Below are positions 43,764-51,210 of a stretch of DNA of 64,000 nucleotides, piece after piece (within the stretch, counting starts at the first letter, position 1; each line of letters begins with the position of its first letter). Under the pieces are notes generated by a model. That model was given only the letters and a program-made list of their open reading frames with translations. It searched no databases and was not told the DNA's origin. Source of the DNA: Nitrospirota bacterium (GTDB taxonomy: Bacteria; Nitrospirota; Thermodesulfovibrionia; Thermodesulfovibrionales; Dissulfurispiraceae); contig CAVPZX010000003.1 in the NCBI GenBank assembly GCA_963710375.1, positions 96,001 through 160,000 on the forward strand. The letters run 5' to 3'. Both the position numbers and the translations under genes were made by a program.

Positions 43764-45964
43764 AGAGACAAATTGTCATTGGACTGACTGCCTTTGCCAT
43801 GCTCTTTTTCCTCGGCGGCATTTACATTGTTTTTTCGGTCAACAAGGCGACAACTATGCTCGACCGTCTGATCTTGCTTCACCAGGTCGAGATCCTGAGA
43901 GAGCACCTGATGATAGAAATCAAGAAAGTGCAGGCTGATGTCAACTTGAAAAATACCCGTTATGCCAGGACCGTTGATACATTTGTAAAAGATGTGCAGC
44001 AGATGGATCAGGTTTCCCAGGAATGTTTTTCCTGCCATCACACGGAAGCTGTCGCCATGAGGCTCCAGGACATGGAACGGCAGGTCGGATTGTATAAAAA
44101 TGCCCTGAGCAGGGTGCTGACAATGCGCGCAAACGACGTCAGGCTGGACGAGGAGGACGATAACACTTACAGAGTAGGCGAAGAATTGGTCGGTAAGGTC
44201 AACACTATGATTGCCCTGGCCACCAGCGATCTTGATAAGGAGACGCGGATCTCACTCAGAAACATCCAAAACACGAAGAATGTGCTTTATGTGCTCGCCA
44301 CACTGAGTCCATTGCTCGGTTTTTGTTTGGCATTCGTCTTTATAAAAGGATTTACCAGACCGATAAAGGCCTTGCTGGATGCGACCAGGAAGCTGAAGGC
44401 CGGAAATCTGGACCATCGGATAGAAACTCTGAAAGACGAGTTTGGAGAGTTGGCCGATTCTTTTAATGAAATGGCCGGCGCACTCACCAGTCATATGAAG
44501 AGAGTGGAAGAGAGCGAGAAACGCTACCGTATGCTCTTTGAGAGCGCCGGTGATGCTATTTTTATAATCGAGGCAGAAGGCGGGAATGCAGGGCGGATAG
44601 CAGCAGCAAACAAGGCTGCGACAGTTATGCATGGGTATACCGTAGAGGAATTGGTAGGTATGAGCATCGGTGATCTTGATAGCCCCGATTCAGCCCTGGA
44701 AGTGCATGACCGTATCGCGAAAATACTCAGGGGAGAATGTCTCAACGAAGAAATAGGTCATGTCAGGAAGGATGGCACTGTCTTCCCTGTTGAAATAAGT
44801 GCGGTCTTGCTGGAGCTTGAAGGGCATAAATATGTCCTCGCTTTTGACCGTGACATCACCCGGCGCAAAGAGGTGGAAAAGGCTTTGCGCCAGTCTGAGG
44901 AAAAGTTTTCGAAGGCATTCCGCGCCAGCCCCGACTGGATTACTATCTCCACTCTTGATGAGGGGCGATACATAGAGGTAAACGACGCTTTCATGAGGAT
45001 CAGCGGCTACAGCAGAGAAGAGGTCATAGGGCGAACTTCGGGTGAGTTGGGCATTTGGGCTTATCCCAAAGAACGGGGGGAAATGTTGCCCGCGTTGAAG
45101 AAGGATGGGGCAGTATGGAACAAGGAAGTCCATTTGCGCACTAAATCAGGCAATGTCCTGACCATGCGGAGGTCCTCGCAGGCAATCGACTACGGCGGGG
45201 TGCGGTGTATTATCTCGGTGACTCACGATATCACAGAGCGAAGGAAGACCGATATGATGTTGCAGCGGGCAGAGCAGATGAAAGCGGTCGCCGAGATTGC
45301 GGTGGGACTTGCCCACGAAATAAAAAATCCCCTTGCGGGCATTAAATCGTCTATGGAGGTGCTGCATTCAGAAGGCGCCTGTTCGGGGGAGGGCAGTGAG
45401 ATACTGTTGAAAGTAATCAGTGAGATTCGCAGGATCGAAATGCTGCTTAAGGACCTGCTCAATTTTGCCCGACCGCCTAAACCGGAGTTAGGCTTGGTCG
45501 ATATCAACCCGTTACTCGATTCCACCCTGGAGTTCTCAGTGAACAAGGTCAGAATGGCGTCCCGACCAGGGATAACCATTGTCAGGGATTACGAAGAGGG
45601 CCTGCCGGCTGTGATTGCAGACGGCATGCAGATCAAGCAAGTGTTTGTTAATCTCTTTCTTAATGCGGTTGAGGCCATGCCGGACGGCGGCACTCTTAAA
45701 ATAAAAACGAGTTATGAGAAGGCGTCTTCGTCAGTCAGAATAGAAGTAGCAGATACCGGCAAGTGCATCGACGATGTTACGATGGACAAGATTTTCCAGC
45801 CCTTTTTCACTACTAAAGCAAAAGGCACCGGCATGGGATTAGCTATCTCGAAACGGCTTATTGAAGACCATGGAGGCACGATAACGCTGGGCAACTTGCC
45901 GGACCGAGGCGCTGTCTTTACCATCAGGATACCTGTCCCGCAGTACAAAGAGGTTAAGGCATGA
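43760..45964 (+). CDS. sensor histidine kinase: periplasmic CxxCH, HAMP, two PAS
   Basis: CFSCH between TMs; DEFGELADSFNEM; two PAS; AHEIKNPL; NLFLNA; GTGMGL. Confidence 0.93.
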   Translation: MKRQIVIGLTAFAMLFFLGGIYIVFSVNKATTMLDRLILLHQVEILREHLMIEIKKVQADVNLKNTRYARTVDTFVKDVQQMDQVSQECFSCHHTEAVAMRLQDMERQVGLYKNALSRVLTMRANDVRLDEEDDNTYRVGEELVGKVNTMIALATSDLDKETRISLRNIQNTKNVLYVLATLSPLLGFCLAFVFIKGFTRPIKALLDATRKLKAGNLDHRIETLKDEFGELADSFNEMAGALTSHMKRVEESEKRYRMLFESAGDAIFIIEAEGGNAGRIAAANKAATVMHGYTVEELVGMSIGDLDSPDSALEVHDRIAKILRGECLNEEIGHVRKDGTVFPVEISAVLLELEGHKYVLAFDRDITRRKEVEKALRQSEEKFSKAFRASPDWITISTLDEGRYIEVNDAFMRISGYSREEVIGRTSGELGIWAYPKERGEMLPALKKDGAVWNKEVHLRTKSGNVLTMRRSSQAIDYGGVRCIISVTHDITERRKTDMMLQRAEQMKAVAEIAVGLAHEIKNPLAGIKSSMEVLHSEGACSGEGSEILLKVISEIRRIEMLLKDLLNFARPPKPELGLVDINPLLDSTLEFSVNKVRMASRPGITIVRDYEEGLPAVIADGMQIKQVFVNLFLNAVEAMPDGGTLKIKTSYEKASSSVRIEVADTGKCIDDVTMDKIFQPFFTTKAKGTGMGLAISKRLIEDHGGTITLGNLPDRGAVFTIRIPVPQYKEVKA

Positions 45965-47340
45965 AGAGGAAGGGAAAGCTCTTTCTTGTCGATGATGATG
46001 AACTCATTGTCATGATGCTGTCACGGGCGCTGAAGGCAGAAGGATATGAAGTCTATACAGACACGGGTTCCAGGGATGTGGTGGACATAATAAGCTCCCG
46101 GACCCCTGATATTATTATGCTCGATATCGATTTGCCGGGACTGAAAGGAATGGACGTGCTCAAGGAAGTGAAAGCGAAACTATCTGTCGAAGTCGTGATG
46201 CTCACGGCTGACGAAACCGCCGAAACCGCTGTCAAGGCGATGAAGCTGGGCGCTGCCGACTATATGACCAAACCTTTCAGTATGGATGAGGTGAAAATCG
46301 TCATCGGCAACACTATGGATAAAATCAGGCTCAGGCACGAAGTTGATTACCTGAGAAAGTTGAATCATGAACTTTTCGAAAAAGAGATAATCGGCAATTC
46401 GACCGGTATACAGGAATTGAAGGAAAAAGCAGGGAAGCTCATAGCGGCACATGTCGAGACTATTCTGATCACCGGGGAGAGCGGTACAGGCAAGGAACTC
46501 GTTGCCAGGTATATTCATCGCCAAATGCACAGCGATGAAAATTATTCGCCTTTTGTGCGCGTCAATTGCGCGGCTTTGCCTGAAACTCTCCTCGAAAGCG
46601 AACTCTTTGGCAGCGAGAAGGGGGCCTTTACGAATGCTGTAGCCGACAAGAAAGGTCTTTTCGAGACTGCTGATGGAGGATCTATACTGCTGGATGAAAT
46701 AGGAGAGATGAAAACTTCCCTCCAGAGCAAATTGCTGAGAGTCATAGAGGAAAGATCGGTACGCCGCGTCGGCGGCAAGGATGAACTCCCGATCGATGTT
46801 GTCATTATCGCCACGACCAACAGGAACCTTCAGGAAGCTGTTGACCAGGGAGAATTTCGGCTGGACCTTTTTTACAGGTTGAACGCTTTTTCGATGCATT
46901 TGCCCTCTCTGAGAGACAGAAGGGAGGACATTCCCATGCTGGCAAGATACTTTCTCGCCCGTCTTTCCGCTAAGTACAATAAGACAATGATTTCGGGTTT
47001 TTCCCAGGAAGCTGAGAGGCTCATGGTTTCTTACCGGTGGCCCGGGAATGTGCGGGAGCTCAGGAATGTGATAGAACGGATTGTCGTGCTTGAGAGCACC
47101 GATATGATTTTGCCTGTGCATCTGCCAAAGGAGATCATCCAGCAGTCTAGTAGTACGGCGGCGGCCATTTCCGAAGAATTCCTGCTTCCTGATGGAGGCA
47201 TAGAGCTCGAAGAACTGGAGAAGAAGCTTACGATTCAGGCGCTGCAGAGGACCGGCGGGAACAAAACAGCTGCAGCAAAATTGCTGGGCGTCAGTTACGA
47301 CAGTTTTCGGTATCAAATCAAGAAATTCAGCCTTGAATAG
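45961..47340 (+). CDS. sigma54-dependent response regulator (NtrC/AtoC family)
   Basis: REC (DDD, D, KP), GESGTGKE, ESELFG, GAFTNA, LDEIGE, WPGNVREL, Fis-HTH. Confidence 0.95.
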   Translation: MKRKGKLFLVDDDELIVMMLSRALKAEGYEVYTDTGSRDVVDIISSRTPDIIMLDIDLPGLKGMDVLKEVKAKLSVEVVMLTADETAETAVKAMKLGAADYMTKPFSMDEVKIVIGNTMDKIRLRHEVDYLRKLNHELFEKEIIGNSTGIQELKEKAGKLIAAHVETILITGESGTGKELVARYIHRQMHSDENYSPFVRVNCAALPETLLESELFGSEKGAFTNAVADKKGLFETADGGSILLDEIGEMKTSLQSKLLRVIEERSVRRVGGKDELPIDVVIIATTNRNLQEAVDQGEFRLDLFYRLNAFSMHLPSLRDRREDIPMLARYFLARLSAKYNKTMISGFSQEAERLMVSYRWPGNVRELRNVIERIVVLESTDMILPVHLPKEIIQQSSSTAAAISEEFLLPDGGIELEELEKKLTIQALQRTGGNKTAAAKLLGVSYDSFRYQIKKFSLE

Positions 47341-47363
47341 GACTTTTGGGGAGTAATAAAACC

Positions 47364-48170
47364 ATGAATGCACTCAAGCGCTTTGTTTGTCCGGTCCTCT
47401 TCATTGTTGCTAGTTTTTTTTTCGTTAAAGATGCCTTGTCAGGTTTTCCAGTTGTGCCACCTCAGGAATACGGTCGTGTCGTCATAAAAAATTATTCGGT
47501 AGCTGCCGGGCTTGCTCCGGTTGTGTTTGATCATTGGCTCCACAGGGCACGTTTCACATGCAGGCTGTGTCACGTCGATATAGGGTTCGCCATGCAGTCA
47601 GGCGGTACCGGCATCAAGGCTGAAACTAACGGGAAAGGGTTTTATTGCGGGTCCTGTCACAATGGCTCGTTTACCTTCGAAGACAAAAAGGTGTTTGCGT
47701 CTTGTTCTACCAAAGCAAGTGACGCTGGAGACCCCCGCTGTGAGAGATGCCATTCGTATGGCAAAAAGGTCAAAAAGGAATACGATTTCTTCACTTTTAC
47801 CAGGGACCTGCCCAGGAAGGGACTCGGCAACGGCATCGATTGGGAAACGGCCGAAGAAAAAGGAATCATAAGACCTGTCGATTTTATTCCGGGAATATCT
47901 GTGAGGAGGAAGCCGCTCAAGCCGCAAGAGGACTTCACTATTAAAGCAAGGGGCAAATGGATAAAAGCCGACATTATATTTTCCCATAAGAAACACGTCA
48001 AATGGAACGGCTGTGAGGTCTGCCACCCGGATATATTCCCGATCACAAAGCAGGGACCACAGAGCTTCAGCATGTTCGATATATCAGGGGGACAATATTG
48101 CGGCCTCTGTCATGGGAATGTGGCATTCCCCATTAATGAATGCCGGCGGTGTCATACTAAACCTGTGTAG
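47364..48170 (+). CDS. periplasmic hexaheme cytochrome c, two c7-type triheme domains
   Basis: CRLCH, CGSCH, CERCH, CEVCH, CGLCH, CRRCH; VVFDH..H and IFSH..H; signal peptide. Confidence 0.9.
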   Translation: MNALKRFVCPVLFIVASFFFVKDALSGFPVVPPQEYGRVVIKNYSVAAGLAPVVFDHWLHRARFTCRLCHVDIGFAMQSGGTGIKAETNGKGFYCGSCHNGSFTFEDKKVFASCSTKASDAGDPRCERCHSYGKKVKKEYDFFTFTRDLPRKGLGNGIDWETAEEKGIIRPVDFIPGISVRRKPLKPQEDFTIKARGKWIKADIIFSHKKHVKWNGCEVCHPDIFPITKQGPQSFSMFDISGGQYCGLCHGNVAFPINECRRCHTKPV

Positions 48171-48184
48171 TGAGGAGGGTCTGA

Positions 48185-49102
48185 ATGAAAACATTTTTAT
48201 TTATGATTGTGCTTATCGTGGTTTTTACCGGACTGGCATTGGCCGAGACCGGCGTCAAGAAAAGAAGACCTTTGCCTTACGAATATGGGCGAGTGGTCAT
48301 TAATAACTACTCGACCAAGGCTTATCTGGCCCCTGTAGTATTTGATCACTGGCTTCACAGGTCCAATTTCACCTGCAGGCTTTGCCATGTTGACATCGCG
48401 TTTGCGATGAAGGCCGGTGCTACAGGCATCAGGGCGGCAGACAACATGAAGGGCTATTATTGCGGTTCCTGCCATAACGGGAAAATGCAGTGGCAGGACA
48501 GGAAGGTCTTTGAGGCATGTTCAAAGGAATATAGTCATCAAGATATGAGCAGGTGTGAGAGATGCCACTCTTTGGGCAAAGACGTGAAGAAGGAGTACGA
48601 CTTCAGCAAGTTTACCGAGAAGTTTCCTAAGGGACGGTTCGGCAACGGAATCGACTGGGTAAAAGCTGAAGATGAAGGGTTTATAAAACCTATCGGATTT
48701 CTGCCGGGAATATCGGTGAAAAGGCCTCCGCTTAAGGTCCAGAAAGACTTTTCCCTTGAGCCCAAGGTCCAGGGCATGCCTCAGATCATCTTTTCACACA
48801 AGAAACATATTGTCTGGAGCGGCTGTGAATTATGCCATCCGGAGATATTCGCCGGAGTTAAAAAAGGAGCGACGAAATACTCCATGCTGGAGAATTTTGA
48901 GGGTAAATACTGCGGCGCATGCCATGGGCTGGTCGCTTTCCCATTGCTTGATTGTCAGAGATGCCACACAAAACCTGTTGAAGGTACACCGGAAGGACAA
49001 CCTGAACAAAAGGAACCTGTTAAGCAAGGGGCAATCAGACAAATTCAACAGCAGCTATATGCCGGGCCTGCGTTGGCCGATGACAGCGGGGTGAAGCGAT
49101 GA
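48185..49102 (+). CDS. periplasmic hexaheme cytochrome c, two c7-type triheme domains (paralog)
   Basis: CRLCH, CGSCH, CERCH, CELCH, CGACH, CQRCH; closely similar to the upstream gene. Confidence 0.9.
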   Translation: MKTFLFMIVLIVVFTGLALAETGVKKRRPLPYEYGRVVINNYSTKAYLAPVVFDHWLHRSNFTCRLCHVDIAFAMKAGATGIRAADNMKGYYCGSCHNGKMQWQDRKVFEACSKEYSHQDMSRCERCHSLGKDVKKEYDFSKFTEKFPKGRFGNGIDWVKAEDEGFIKPIGFLPGISVKRPPLKVQKDFSLEPKVQGMPQIIFSHKKHIVWSGCELCHPEIFAGVKKGATKYSMLENFEGKYCGACHGLVAFPLLDCQRCHTKPVEGTPEGQPEQKEPVKQGAIRQIQQQLYAGPALADDSGVKR

Positions 49103-49419
49103 AGACGACCGGCGCAGGAAAAGCAGCCTCGACGATCGGACTCCTATTGCTGGCCATATATCTGATTTCGGCTTTACTATATCCTGGGATTGCCCGCACG
49201 GAAGATTCATGGTTGCAGGAATTTGAGGCAGTCTGCTCACAAACCGGTGACTCCATGGACATGACAAAGGACCAGCTGAACCAGTTGGTGGAGAGGTGTA
49301 ACAGGTTGAAGCCGGATATCGAAAAGCAGGACGAAATTACGAAAAAGGTGTACCTGAAAAGACTGGAGAGCTGTCGGGCGCTTTACGAGTTTATTCTCGA
49401 AACAAAGAATAAGCAATGA
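49099..49419 (+). CDS. small secreted helical protein with three Cys
   Basis: Signal/TM; W..EF..VC, L..RC..L, YLKRL..C..LY.F; overlaps the previous stop. Confidence 0.7.
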   Translation: MKTTGAGKAASTIGLLLLAIYLISALLYPGIARTEDSWLQEFEAVCSQTGDSMDMTKDQLNQLVERCNRLKPDIEKQDEITKKVYLKRLESCRALYEFILETKNKQ

Positions 49420-49493
49420 AGATGATGACAACAGCTATTTATCAGGAACACATAACTCTACTTAAACACTGAGAGAGCCGGCGTATCAAAGGG

Positions 49494-50011
49494 TCATACG
49501 AATTCGATTCCAGCCCGGTACATGTTGTTTTCGATAAGGATTGCGTTTCTCACTATACCGGTCTTATAATCGATCCCCTCTTTAACAGCGTCAAATCTGA
49601 TCGTAGAGCCGGGTCTTAAAGGATAACCGGTATAAATGCCCATTCCTGCTTTACTGATATCAACTATGTGCCCGTTCTGATGGAGAGTTTCGACGTTACC
49701 GATGCAGTACACAATCGCTTTGGAATACACTGCTCGCTCAATGCGCCTGCGTTCGTCCGCGGGTGTCTTTCCGTATATGGCGGCATCGGCAGAAGGGGGG
49801 AATGCTGTGCCGCTTTCCACAATTCCGTGTACGATTGCCTTTAGATACATGAGTTCAAAGGGGTCCCTGGGTGAAAAGATAGACATTTTCCTCTATTAGT
49901 TCCTTGAACCTGTCGTCAATGCATGAGACCGACATGGCCATATTTTTGCTTTCAGGCGACAGCCTCCTTAATATTCATCATTACATCAATAAATACCAGC
50001 ATCTTATTCAT
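49494..50011 (-). pseudogene. degenerate REC-PilZ copy (REC largely deleted; PilZ intact)
   Basis: Paralog of 50254-50940; most of the REC N-half, including the phospho-Asp, is missing, plus frameshifts; RRIER and DISKAG retained. Confidence 0.75.
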
Positions 50012-50023
50012 CGCATATTTGCT

Positions 50024-50039
50024 TGCAATAACAATACCA
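50024..50039 (-). promoter_or_regulatory. sigma54 (-24/-12) promoter
   Basis: TGGTAT-TGTTA-TTGCA on the minus strand, GG-N10-GC. Confidence 0.75.
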
Positions 50040-50137
50040 TTGCAGGGAGAAATAATAAGTCTTCAACAATGTTGTTTTAAATTAATATGTTACCGAAAAT
50101 CTGATAGCGCACGTAACCATTCCCACATTTGCGCATT

Positions 50138-50173
50138 CGGTGGAATCGCTAAACAGTAATGGTGTTTTTACCA
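50138..50173. promoter_or_regulatory. paired upstream activator site
   Basis: CGGTGGAATCGCTA-N8-TGGTGTTTTTACCA; recurs at 51068, 54313, 56701. Confidence 0.7.
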
Positions 50174-50253
50174 ACACAGTGGATCTGAGGAAGTGATATT
50201 GCGATTAAAATGCTGTAGACACCAACATTAGAGAGAGCCAAGGTGTCAAAGGG

Positions 50254-50940
50254 TCATACGAATTCGATTCCAGCCCGGTACATATTGTTATTGATCAGGA
50301 CCGTGTTTCTTACTATCCCAGTGTTATAATCGATCCCTTCTTTAACCGCGTCAAATCTTACCACAGACCCGGGTTTTACAGGATAATCTGTATGAATGCT
50401 CATTCCCGCATCACTGATATCAACTATATGCCCGTTCTGATTGAGTATTTCGACGTCATCCAGGCAGTTTACCTTATACATGATAGCTTTGGAATACGCT
50501 GTACGCTCAATGCACCTGCAGTTATCCGCGGGCGTCTTTCCGTATGTGGCGGCGTAACCGGCAGAATGAGGGAATGCTGTGCCGCTTTCCACAATTTGGT
50601 GTGCGATTGCCTTTACATGCATGAGTTCAAAGGGTTTTGGGATGAAAAGATAGGCATTTTTCTCTATCAGTTCTTTTAACCTGTCGTCAATGCACGAGGC
50701 CGACATGACGAGTATTTTGCTTTCAGGCGACAGCTCCTTAATCTTCATCATTACATCCACACCATGCATATCGGGAAGACACAGATCGAGAAAAGAGAGG
50801 TTGTAAAAACAGCGGCGGCTCTCTTCTACGGCATCTGAACCGTTGTTGACTGTTTTTACTTCCATCCCATCATTCTGGAGTGTTTTCGCCAGAGAATACA
50901 GGATTAATGGTTCATCATCTGCGATCAGTATTTTTTTCAT
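50254..50940 (-). CDS. response regulator with C-terminal PilZ domain
   Basis: ILIADDE, FLD..LP, MSA, KPF; RCIER (RxxxR) and DISDAG (DxSxxG). Confidence 0.88.
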   Translation of the reverse strand: MKKILIADDEPLILYSLAKTLQNDGMEVKTVNNGSDAVEESRRCFYNLSFLDLCLPDMHGVDVMMKIKELSPESKILVMSASCIDDRLKELIEKNAYLFIPKPFELMHVKAIAHQIVESGTAFPHSAGYAATYGKTPADNCRCIERTAYSKAIMYKVNCLDDVEILNQNGHIVDISDAGMSIHTDYPVKPGSVVRFDAVKEGIDYNTGIVRNTVLINNNMYRAGIEFV

Positions 50941-50954
50941 AGTATTCTTTTCTT

Positions 50955-50970
50955 TGCAATAACGATACCA
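50955..50970 (-). promoter_or_regulatory. sigma54 (-24/-12) promoter
   Basis: TGGTAT-CGTTA-TTGCA on the minus strand. Confidence 0.75.
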
Positions 50971-51067
50971 TGGCTGGAAGAAATAATAAGTCATCAACAA
51001 TATTCTTTCAAAATAATAGGTTACTCAAAATCTGATAGAGCACGTATCAATTCACCGTTTGGATATT

Positions 51068-51103
51068 TGGTTTAATTGCTAAACAGTAGTGGTATTTTTT
51101 CCA
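51068..51103. promoter_or_regulatory. paired upstream activator site
   Basis: TGGTTTAATTGCTA-N8-TGGTATTTTTTCCA. Confidence 0.65.
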
Positions 51104-51210
51104 ACACCGTGGCCCTGAGAAAATGATATCGCGATGAAAATGCTGTAGACACCCAAATTAAATGTTATAGTAATTGACGCGGTTATAGCAGGTTTTTTGG
51201 AATACATTTT

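Noticed and set aside
46180..47373. 397-aa minus-strand ORF (also 28850-29695, 34180-35001 and similar)
   Set aside because: Antisense shadows of well-supported genes, with no recognisable motifs
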